Positions 19,225 to 27,473 of a stretch of 64,000 nt of DNA are shown in pieces. The stretch comes from an uncultured bacterium (GTDB lineage Bacteria; Verrucomicrobiota; Verrucomicrobiia; Verrucomicrobiales; DEV007): positions 31,551 through 95,550 of the forward strand of contig CAXBMO010000024.1 in the NCBI GenBank assembly GCA_963977015.1, read 5' to 3'. A model generated the notes under the pieces. It did no database searches and was not told the DNA's origin. It saw nothing but the letters and a program-made list of their open reading frames with translations. Both the position numbers and the translations under genes were made by a program. Within the stretch, counting starts at the first letter, position 1, and the number at the start of each line of letters is the position of its first letter.

Positions 19225-20816
19225 AACGTTTCACCAAGGGCGATCTCGACGGGTTTTTCGCACTCGGGTTGGACAACCTGCTGATGCTCATCCTGATGAG
19301 CGGGTTGTGTCTCGGCTTCCCACTCAACTTCGATCCCGACTTATTTTACGGGCGGGTCTTGCCCGGAGCAGCGATTGGCCTGCTGATCGGCAACCTGTTT
19401 TACGCGCGCCAGGCGCTCCGACTCGCCGCTCGCGAAAATCGCAATGACGTCTGCGCCCTCCCCTACGGCATCAATCTGATCACCATTTTCGTCCACGTTT
19501 TCCTGGTGATGTGGCCAGCTCAACAAATCGCAATGAGCCAGGGACTGGAGAAGCCGGAAGCGGATTTGATGGCGTGGAAAGCGGGAATTGTCGCCTGCCT
19601 TGGCTCGGGTTTGATCGAGTTTCTGGGCTCGTTCGTGGTCGATCGCATCCGCAGAATCACCCCGCGCGCCGCCCTTCTCGCCGCGCTGGGGGGAATTGGG
19701 CTCGCGTTCATCGGGATGGATTTCGTGTTTCGAGCCTTCACCTATCCGCTCGTTGGATTCACCACGCTCGCGATCACCCTGATCGCTTATTTTGGCAAAG
19801 TCCGCTTCAAGTTCGGGCTGCCCGCCGGGCTCGTAATTGTCGTCATTGGCTGCGCGATTGCCTGGGCGACGGGAGTCGCACCCGTCGGCGAAGCGCGAGC
19901 CGCTGGAATCTGTCTGCCCGTCCCCAGATTTGGCGCGCTGTTTGGATCTTTGGGGAATTTATGGATCTACGCCCCGGTCATTTTGCCGATGGGAATCCTG
20001 AGTTTGGTGATGTCGCTCCAGAATATCGAATCCGCCGAAGCGGCCGGCGATCGCTACGAACCCAAACCCGCCCTTGCCTTCAACGGGATCGGCTCCATTG
20101 GCGCCGCGCTGTTCGGCTGCCCCTTTCCCACCACCATTTACATCGGCCATCCCGGTTGGAAGTCGCTCGGTGCCCGGGCCGGCTACTCTACTCTCAACGC
20201 AGTCGTCCTCTCCCTGATCTGTTTTACCGGCACCCTCAGTTACATTGTCTACGTCGTGCCGCTCGAAGCCGGTATGGCGATTTTGATCTGGATTGGAGTG
20301 GTGATGGCGGCCCATGCCTTCCAAGCCGTCCCCAAGGAACACGCGCCCGCCGTGGTGATGGGATTCGTTCCCGCCCTTGGTGGTTTTGCTGCGCTCATGC
20401 TCAAAGCCGGGCTCGGTGCCGGCGGTTACGGCATGCCCGACAAGCCATTTGATCCCGAAATCGCGACCGTTCTGGCTCAGACTCGAAACGTCTTTGCCGA
20501 GGGAATTTTCGCGCTCGATCAGGGCTTCGTTTACACCAGCATTCTCTTTGCGGCGACGACCGTGGCCATCATCGAACGGAAGTTCCGCATCGCGGCAGCC
20601 TGGTGTCTGGCGGGCGGATTTCTCGCGGCGATCGGGCTCATTCACGCCCATCAATACACACCGGGAGACGTCGTCGGACGACTGTCGGCCGGGTTTGAAC
20701 TCGATGAATCCGGAAACCTGATGGCGGCCCAGGGCTGGAAGTGGACCTGGGGTTACCTGGTGATGGCCGGCGTCTTTTTCGTGGCGCCCTGGGTCACGGA
20801 GAAAAGCGAGAACTAA
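19221..20816 (+). CDS. NCS2/AzgA-like nucleobase permease
   Basis: [41 protein letters not shown]; many TM helices. Confidence 0.82.
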   Translation: MKRFTKGDLDGFFALGLDNLLMLILMSGLCLGFPLNFDPDLFYGRVLPGAAIGLLIGNLFYARQALRLAARENRNDVCALPYGINLITIFVHVFLVMWPAQQIAMSQGLEKPEADLMAWKAGIVACLGSGLIEFLGSFVVDRIRRITPRAALLAALGGIGLAFIGMDFVFRAFTYPLVGFTTLAITLIAYFGKVRFKFGLPAGLVIVVIGCAIAWATGVAPVGEARAAGICLPVPRFGALFGSLGNLWIYAPVILPMGILSLVMSLQNIESAEAAGDRYEPKPALAFNGIGSIGAALFGCPFPTTIYIGHPGWKSLGARAGYSTLNAVVLSLICFTGTLSYIVYVVPLEAGMAILIWIGVVMAAHAFQAVPKEHAPAVVMGFVPALGGFAALMLKAGLGAGGYGMPDKPFDPEIATVLAQTRNVFAEGIFALDQGFVYTSILFAATTVAIIERKFRIAAAWCLAGGFLAAIGLIHAHQYTPGDVVGRLSAGFELDESGNLMAAQGWKWTWGYLVMAGVFFVAPWVTEKSEN

Positions 20817-20824
20817 GCCGTTCG

Positions 20825-21877
20825 CTAGATCTCCAGTTCCAGCTGCTCGCCACCTTCTCCGGAAGTCGCAAACCGGACCCCGGCTCCGATCAATCGAACC
20901 GTCCGCCCGCGACGTCGCTCCCAACCTTCATTCAGGAGGTTCTCGTAAATCTCGGGGAGCACTGAACTTGCCGCACACTCCGCCGTGGTCGTCTGGAAGT
21001 CGTTGAATTTGAGCTTGATGAACGATTTTGCGATCTGGAGATCCTCGATTTTCTCCAAATCGTGGACGAGTTCTTCAAGAAGTGGGTCCAAGGTGCCGCG
21101 ACACTCTTCCAGCGTGGTCAAATCCTGCGAAAACGTGCGCTCATTGCTTAAACTCTTGCGCTCCCGATCCACCCGGACCGGTCGATGGTCTTCGCCCCGG
21201 CAAAGTTGGTAGAGTTCCACCCCAAACTTCCCAAAATCCCGCGTCAGCCGCGACAAATCCCAGGTTTGCAGATCGCCGCAAGTCTTCGCTCCCAACCGCT
21301 CCAGCTTTTCGGCAGTCCGTTTCCCCACTCCCCAGATCTCTCGAACCGGCAAATCGACCATGAAGCCGGCAATCTCACTCTCGCGGACCTCAAATTGCCC
21401 ATTCGGCTTTCGCCAATCGCTCGCGATCTTGGCGAGAAACTTGTTCGGCGCAATCCCGGCGCTCGCCGCCAACCCGGTCGTTTCAAAAATCCGGGCGCGA
21501 ATCTCCGCCGCGACGTTCGCGCCACTTGAACGCAGATGGCTGACATCGAGATAAGCTTCATCGAGGGAAAGCGGCTCAATCGTTGGCGTGAACTGCTCGA
21601 AAATCTGTCGAATCCGGCGCGATTCCTCGCGATAGAGATCAAAACGAACCGGCAAAACGATCAACCGCGGGCAGAGCTGCATCGCCTTGAAGGTCGGCAT
21701 GGCTGATCGGCAGCCGAACTTGCGGGCCTCATAGTTCGCCGTCGTCAACACGCCCCGGTTGGAAGATCGCCCGCCAACCGCGACCGGTTTTCCCACCAGT
21801 TCCGGATTCTCACGCAATTCGATGGCTGCGTAAAAGCAGTCCATGTCGATATGAATGATTTTTCGGGTCTCGGGCAC
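20825..21877 (-). CDS. dinB: DNA polymerase IV
   Basis: IIHIDMDCFYA, ANYEARKFG, SLDEAYLD, NKFLAKIASD..KPNG. Confidence 0.96.
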   Translation of the reverse strand: MPETRKIIHIDMDCFYAAIELRENPELVGKPVAVGGRSSNRGVLTTANYEARKFGCRSAMPTFKAMQLCPRLIVLPVRFDLYREESRRIRQIFEQFTPTIEPLSLDEAYLDVSHLRSSGANVAAEIRARIFETTGLAASAGIAPNKFLAKIASDWRKPNGQFEVRESEIAGFMVDLPVREIWGVGKRTAEKLERLGAKTCGDLQTWDLSRLTRDFGKFGVELYQLCRGEDHRPVRVDRERKSLSNERTFSQDLTTLEECRGTLDPLLEELVHDLEKIEDLQIAKSFIKLKFNDFQTTTAECAASSVLPEIYENLLNEGWERRRGRTVRLIGAGVRFATSGEGGEQLELEI

Positions 21878-21975
21878 AGCAATCCCACTGTATCCACGGT
21901 TGAAGATTGGTCGACCACATCAAAAGCCTCTCGTTCATAGGCAGGATTCCCGAATATTAAAGAAAACTTAGCGAA

Positions 21976-21999
21976 ATTGTTCATTTTGATTTGAACAAT
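21976..21999. promoter_or_regulatory. Perfect 8-bp inverted repeat (ATTGTTCA-N8-TGAACAAT), candidate operator
   Basis: Lies in the AT-rich divergent intergenic region between dinB and the GbsR-type regulator. A TATAAT is at 22018-22023. Confidence 0.55.
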
Positions 22000-22025
22000 A
22001 TATTTTTTAATGGAACTTATAATAA

Positions 22026-22529
22026 GTGCAACCTGCAACCGAACCTCCGATCCCCAAATCCACTCCCCCAGAGCTTTCTCCGGTGGAGGTCGAAGTGATC
22101 GATCTGTTCGTCAACGCCGCCAAGCTGCTCGCCCTTCCCAAATCGGTCGCTGAGATCTACGGCCTCCTCTTTATTTCACCGGAGCCCTGCTCGCTTGATG
22201 ATTTGGTCACAAAGTTGCGCATGAGCAAGGGATCCGGCAGCCAGGGCATTCGACTTTTGCGAACGATGGGCGCGATTCAGTCCGTCTACGTTCCCGGGAG
22301 CCGGTGCGATCATTTTGCCGCCGTGACCGAACTCAGGAAACTGGTCTCAGGCTACTTTCGAGGCCAGGTTCAAGAGCATCTCGACAATGGTGATGTCCGG
22401 CTTCAGCGCATTACTGAGGCGGCAAACGAAGATTCTTCCGAATTTTACGAGCAGCGGATTGAGAAATTGGAGCAATGGTATGGTCGAGCCCAAACACTGC
22501 TGCCGATGGCGCAGAAAATCCTGGGTTAA
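22026..22529 (+). CDS. GbsR/MarR-family transcriptional regulator
   Basis: LPKSVAEIYGLLF...P.SLDDL...L.MSKGS.SQG.R.L winged-helix pattern. Start uncertain. Confidence 0.82.
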   Translation: MQPATEPPIPKSTPPELSPVEVEVIDLFVNAAKLLALPKSVAEIYGLLFISPEPCSLDDLVTKLRMSKGSGSQGIRLLRTMGAIQSVYVPGSRCDHFAAVTELRKLVSGYFRGQVQEHLDNGDVRLQRITEAANEDSSEFYEQRIEKLEQWYGRAQTLLPMAQKILG

Positions 22530-22546
22530 CCGCAAGAAATACGACC

Positions 22547-23119
22547 ATGAGTGATCCAGCCCCCTATCAGCCCAAAGAGGAAGACATCCATTGGTATGCG
22601 ATTCATACCAAGGCAAAGAGCGAACATATCGCCACGGCACACCTCAAGCTTCTGGATCCGGAAATGCAGGTTTTCTGCCCGCGGATCCGTTTTCAAAAGA
22701 AGACCAAACGCGGCAAGATCTGGTTCGTCGAAGCCATGTTCCCCGGCTACACCTTTGCCCGCTTCGATCTGGGCGAGTGGCTCCGCGGCGTCAACGCAAC
22801 CACCGCGGTGCTCGGTGTCGTCCGATTTGGAACGGAATACCCGTTTGTGCCCGACGAAGCCGTCGAAGAATGGCGCAACACGGTGGACGACCAGGCAATC
22901 ATCACGGTCGAAGAAAAGCTCGAGGAAGGCGATGAAATCGAAATCATCGAGGGACCGATCATGGGGCTCAAGGCGATCATCACCAAGGTGATGCCGGGCG
23001 CGGAACGCGTAAGTATTTTGATGGATATGCTGGGACAAACTCGAGAAGTCGAGATTTCCCGCGATGCCATCAGCCGCAAGAAAGACATCCGAGTGGCTTC
23101 CACGCCGACTGACGGGTGA
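22547..23119 (+). CDS. NusG paralog, RfaH/UpxY-type antiterminator
   Basis: WYAIHTK, AMFPGYTF (NGN domain) and GDEIEIIEGP..G (KOW domain). Heads a polysaccharide operon. Confidence 0.88.
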   Translation: MSDPAPYQPKEEDIHWYAIHTKAKSEHIATAHLKLLDPEMQVFCPRIRFQKKTKRGKIWFVEAMFPGYTFARFDLGEWLRGVNATTAVLGVVRFGTEYPFVPDEAVEEWRNTVDDQAIITVEEKLEEGDEIEIIEGPIMGLKAIITKVMPGAERVSILMDMLGQTREVEISRDAISRKKDIRVASTPTDG

Positions 23120-23295
23120 TTCTGGTGGAAACAGCCTGAGAGCACGGACTCGTCATGGAGTTCGGCTTTTCGGCACCTGACTGACACCTTTCCAAAAACG
23201 GTTTCGCCAAATCCAATGCGCGATTGACCAGGGGCGGCAGCTTCAGGCAAATTTCAGTTTCCACTTGGCGATTTTCAGGTTCGGTTAGCGCACGA

Positions 23296-24300
23296 ATGAC
23301 TCGAGATCGAATTCATCAACTCCTGACGCAGTTTGAGCAAAAGCGCGTCCTCGTCATCGGCGACATCATGCTGGACCGTTTCTTGTGGGGCAGCGTGACC
23401 CGAATCTCTCCCGAGGCGCCCGTTCCAGTCGTTCATGTGCAACGCGAAGAATTCTATCCGGGAGGCGCAGCGAACGTCGCTCGCAATCTGGCTCCGTTCA
23501 CCAAATTCACCTCCCTGGTTGGAATTGCGGGTGAAGACGAATACGCCAAAACGCTCCAATCCGAACTTTCGAACGGAAACATCGCCAACGATGGAATCCT
23601 CCTCGATCCCAACTTCGAGACGATCGTCAAAACCCGCATTTTCGCGCGACAACAGCAGGTGGTCCGAGTCGATCGCGAACGGCCGGGCGCGCTGACCGAG
23701 GAACAGCAACAAGCCGTTCTCGACTACCTGATGACAAAGGCGGAGCAACTGGACGCCATCATTCTGGAAGACTACGGCAAGGGAATGATGCAACAGCCGC
23801 TTGTTGATCAGATCGTCGAAATCGCTTCCTCAAAGGGAATTCAGGTCACGGCGGACCCGAATCCGAACAACCAGCTCAATTGGAACGGTGTCACGGTATT
23901 GAAACCCAATCGCCTTGAGGCGTTTCGGATGGCGGACACTCCCGAGCCGCCTGCCCATGAGGATCCGCTCCAGGACCAGGCCCTGCTCGATGTCGGGGAA
24001 CAACTCCTTCAAAAATGGGCCGCCAAGATGATTCTGATCACGCTCGGCGAACATGGAATGATGCTTTTTGAACGTGATGCAGCCCCACAACACGTTCCGG
24101 TCCGGGCCCGCGAGGTCTTTGACGTTTCGGGAGCCGGCGACACCGCCATCGCCCTTCTCACTCTGGCCCTGACCGCTGGAGCCACACCGATCGAAGCGGT
24201 CGAAGTCTCCAACTACGCCAGTGGCACCGTGGTCGGCAAACTCGGAACCGCAACCCTCTCACCCGACGAGTTGCGGGATGCGGTTCCCGCTGCTAAGTGA
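23296..24300 (+). CDS. rfaE1: D-glycero-beta-D-manno-heptose-7-phosphate kinase (HldE kinase domain only)
   Basis: GDIMLDRF..G...RISPEAPVPVV, GGAANVA, DVSGAGDT, VVGKLGTA. Confidence 0.92.
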   Translation: MTRDRIHQLLTQFEQKRVLVIGDIMLDRFLWGSVTRISPEAPVPVVHVQREEFYPGGAANVARNLAPFTKFTSLVGIAGEDEYAKTLQSELSNGNIANDGILLDPNFETIVKTRIFARQQQVVRVDRERPGALTEEQQQAVLDYLMTKAEQLDAIILEDYGKGMMQQPLVDQIVEIASSKGIQVTADPNPNNQLNWNGVTVLKPNRLEAFRMADTPEPPAHEDPLQDQALLDVGEQLLQKWAAKMILITLGEHGMMLFERDAAPQHVPVRAREVFDVSGAGDTAIALLTLALTAGATPIEAVEVSNYASGTVVGKLGTATLSPDELRDAVPAAK

Positions 24301-24304
24301 ACCC

Positions 24305-24865
24305 ATGAAGTCGATTTTCGTCGAACGCCTCCAAGAGCATCATGAAGTGATGCGCTCCATCGAATCGCAGGCCGAGTTGTTCGAGGAAATTGCCTCCAAG
24401 ATGGTCGACGCGATCAAGGCCGGCGGAAAAATCTGCTTTATGGGCAACGGCGGCAGCGCGGCGGACTCCCAACACCTGGCGGCGGAGTTGGTCGGTCGCT
24501 TCCAGAAAGAACGAGCCGCGATGCCATCCATCGCCTTCACCACCGACACCTCAATTTTGACCGCCGTCGCGAACGACTACGGCTACGACGCCATTTTCGA
24601 GCGCCAGGTCGAAGGCCTCTGCGGACCGAACGACGTCGTCGTCGGTCTTTCCACCTCTGGCAACAGCCCCAACGTGCTCCGCGGCATCGAAGCGGCCAAA
24701 AAGATGGGAGTTTTCACGATTGGCATGGCAGGAAAGGACGGCGGCAAGCTCAAGGACACTGCGGACCTGACCTTCGTCGTTCCATCGCCCAAAGCCGCCC
24801 GCACCCAGGAAGCCCATATCTTCATTGGGCACACCCTTTGCGAGGTGATCGAGGACAGCCTTTGA
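24305..24865 (+). CDS. gmhA: D-sedoheptulose-7-phosphate isomerase
   Basis: GNGGSAADSQHLAAE, ANDYGY, STSGNS.N, QEAH. Confidence 0.94.
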   Translation: MKSIFVERLQEHHEVMRSIESQAELFEEIASKMVDAIKAGGKICFMGNGGSAADSQHLAAELVGRFQKERAAMPSIAFTTDTSILTAVANDYGYDAIFERQVEGLCGPNDVVVGLSTSGNSPNVLRGIEAAKKMGVFTIGMAGKDGGKLKDTADLTFVVPSPKAARTQEAHIFIGHTLCEVIEDSL

Positions 24866-24920
24866 TTCCTGCAACCTGATTTGGATCAGGCGGGCCGAGT
24901 ATTCTCTTTCCAACTCCTTC

Positions 24921-26228
24921 ATGTTCGGCAGAAAAGAGAGTCGAGCCATCCTTTGGCTTGGATTCGAAAAAATGGCGGCTCTAGGCCTCTCGTTTTTGGC
25001 AACGATTGTCGTCGCTCGGCATCTGGGCCCCGCCAACCTGGGCATTTTAGCCAGCGGGCTCGCCATCGTATCCATTCTCTCCCCACTTGCCAGCCTCCTG
25101 ATCGATAAAGCGCTCGTACGACGGTTTTCCAGAGAGCCCGAGCAACGCGACTACTTGCTATTCCTGGCACGTCATATTGTCGTAAGGGCCAGTATTCTGA
25201 CGTTTCTTGTTGGCCTTGTTCTGATCGCAATCTTGTCGACCAGCAGTGACGGAACCAGCGGCCTGCGATTTCTGGTGGGCCTATCCGCCTTGCTCTCTCT
25301 TCTGATCTTTCCTTTTCTGGTCCCGCTCCGGAGTTTCTGTGAATCCATCACCAACGGAAAAATATTGGCGACGTCGAATCTCTCGGGATCGGTTGGAGCG
25401 TCACTATTCCGCCTGGTCATGGTCGCCATCGGCGCGCCCCTGCCTCTCTTCGCGTTCAGCGGAGCCGTTGGCGCGGCCCTTTCCGCAGGAGTACTTCGGG
25501 CGCACTTCGGCCGAATCGGCAAATGGTTCCTCCCCGATTTCAAGGCCGCGCGACGTGAAAAAACGTTCCTTGCCGAAGGCAGCATTCTCGCCTTCGCGGC
25601 GCTGACAAACCTGATTCATCGCAATGTCGACATCATCATGGTCGAGCGCCTGGCCAACTCGACCGAAGCCGGCAACTACGCAGCCTCGGCACGCCTGGCC
25701 GAGATCACCTATCTGATCCCCGTAATCCTGGCGACTGTCTATTTACCGCTATTGTCCCGTAGCCGGGATAATGCCTCCAGCTTTCATAACTCGACGCTGA
25801 ACTTCTTTCGACTGAACACCCTTTTCGCCCTGGTAATCACTATGGCCGGCCTTCTTTGTGGGAAACCGATCATCGATCTGCTCTATGGCAGCCAATTCAG
25901 CATGGTCGGAACGATCTTCCTGATTCATATCGCAAGCATCTGGTTCATCTTTATCGACCACGCGAAAGGAACCGTTCTAACGTCCAACCGGGGAAACCCC
26001 GTGGTCATCTGGTGCAACGCCATTGCAATCACGGTCAACGTTGGTCTCAACTTCCTCCTGATTCCCAAATACGGCGGAATCGGAGCGGCTTCCGCAACCT
26101 TTGTATCCTATTCTCTGATTGGAGCGATCCTCCCCTTTCTTTTCGCCGAAACCCGCAAGCTTGCAAGAATGCAGATCAGGGCACTGATTTCTCCGATTCA
26201 AGTCCTCGGGCAGCTTCGGTCCAGCTAA
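24921..26228 (+). CDS. Wzx-type oligosaccharide flippase
   Basis: ARHLGP...G near the N-terminus, D..M......AGNY, LNFLLIPKYG.IGAA.AT; about 12 TM helices. Confidence 0.85.
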   Translation: MFGRKESRAILWLGFEKMAALGLSFLATIVVARHLGPANLGILASGLAIVSILSPLASLLIDKALVRRFSREPEQRDYLLFLARHIVVRASILTFLVGLVLIAILSTSSDGTSGLRFLVGLSALLSLLIFPFLVPLRSFCESITNGKILATSNLSGSVGASLFRLVMVAIGAPLPLFAFSGAVGAALSAGVLRAHFGRIGKWFLPDFKAARREKTFLAEGSILAFAALTNLIHRNVDIIMVERLANSTEAGNYAASARLAEITYLIPVILATVYLPLLSRSRDNASSFHNSTLNFFRLNTLFALVITMAGLLCGKPIIDLLYGSQFSMVGTIFLIHIASIWFIFIDHAKGTVLTSNRGNPVVIWCNAIAITVNVGLNFLLIPKYGGIGAASATFVSYSLIGAILPFLFAETRKLARMQIRALISPIQVLGQLRSS

Positions 26229-26277
26229 CTCTCATTCAGTGAACGAGACACTCGTCCTTTCGTCTCGGACCATCACC

Positions 26278-26318
26278 CCGCAGTTTTTCGGAACTGGCTC
26301 ACAGGATTCCCCGCAAGG
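26278..26318 (+). repeat. Imperfect direct repeat, copy 1 (partner at 27383-27422)
   Basis: ccgcagtttttcggaactggctcacaggattccccgcaagg aligns to copy 2 at 34 of 41 positions with one gap (manual alignment). Confidence 0.7.
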
Positions 26319-26370
26319 ACCGCGCATATCCTGAAGGACTGGGTCTATATCCCGGCGTCCTTTTGAAAGA

Positions 26371-27473
26371 ATGAATACCACCCTTTCTATTCGGCTGGAA
26401 CTGCTGAGAATCGGCGCGGCGCTGACCGTATTCTGGCCCATTTTTCCTATCTCGGCTACAGCGGCCCCGGCTCGGGATTTATGCGGAACTACGGTCACGA
26501 TGCGGTCATCATTTTCTTTGTCCTTTCCGGATACGTCATCGCCTACGTGTCGGATCGCCGGCACGGCAATTTCAGGAGCTATTTCTCCGCACGATTGTCG
26601 CGCCTTCTCTCAGTCATGCTGCCGGTGATGCTGCTGACGATTCTGCTCGATGCAACCGGTTCCAGATTGGATTCCTACGTCTACGGCACCGTGCCGACTG
26701 ACCGGCCAGTCCAAAGAATTGCGTCCAACTTGTTCTTTCTATCGCAATCATTCGGCCACAACCTGAAGTTTTTCTCCAACGGCCCGATGTGGTCCCTCTC
26801 TTATGAGTTCTGGTACTACGCGATCTTCGGCCTTTGGGTCTATCTTCCAAAAGGCAAAGCCAGATTTTTTGGAGTAGCCGCAGCAGCCTGCATCGCCGGC
26901 ACCAAAATTCTCCTTCTGTTTCCGATCTGGTTGCTCGGAGTCGCCGCCTATCACTTGCACCAGCAGAAAAACCTCCGATTCCACGGGTCCGTCACCATTT
27001 TGGCCTGGAGTTGCATCGCCATTCTGCTCCTGGCCCTCAATCAAGTTCCCGGCTTACTTTCGATTCAACAATCTCTCTCCCTGAACGATGGGCTGGGATT
27101 TTCAAAATACCTCTATACCGACTATCTCACGGGTTTGGCGGTTTTTGCAGGAGTCGTCATGTTAAACCCCAGGAGTTCCAAATTGGTCAGCGACAACCTG
27201 AAGGCGAACATCCGAAAAATCGCCGGAGCAACCTTTCCCCTGTATCTCCTTCATGTCCCGCTTATCCTTTTCATTGCGAGTATCACGCCCCAACTGAGTT
27301 CTCACCCCCTACTCGCAACGATCTCGGCATTTGTTACGATTTACGTTTGTTATCGCATCACCCCACTGACTGAGGCTATCAACCGCATTTTTCGAGGCTG
27401 GTTCACAGGATTCTCCGCAGGGCTAATGGAACCACCCGAGTTGCAGCCTCAACCCCCTAACCATGGTCCGTAG
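26371..27473 (+). pseudogene. Acyltransferase-3 (OafA-like O-acyltransferase) with a 1-nt frameshift near 26434
   Basis: The N-terminal LELLRIGAALTVF is in one frame. The expected continuation AHFSY...GHDAVIIFFVLSGY...WSLSYEFWYY is in another frame. Confidence 0.8.
27383..27422 (+). repeat. Imperfect direct repeat, copy 2 (within the 3' end of the acyltransferase)
   Basis: ccgcatttttcgaggctggttcacaggattctccgcaggg; see copy 1. Confidence 0.7.
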
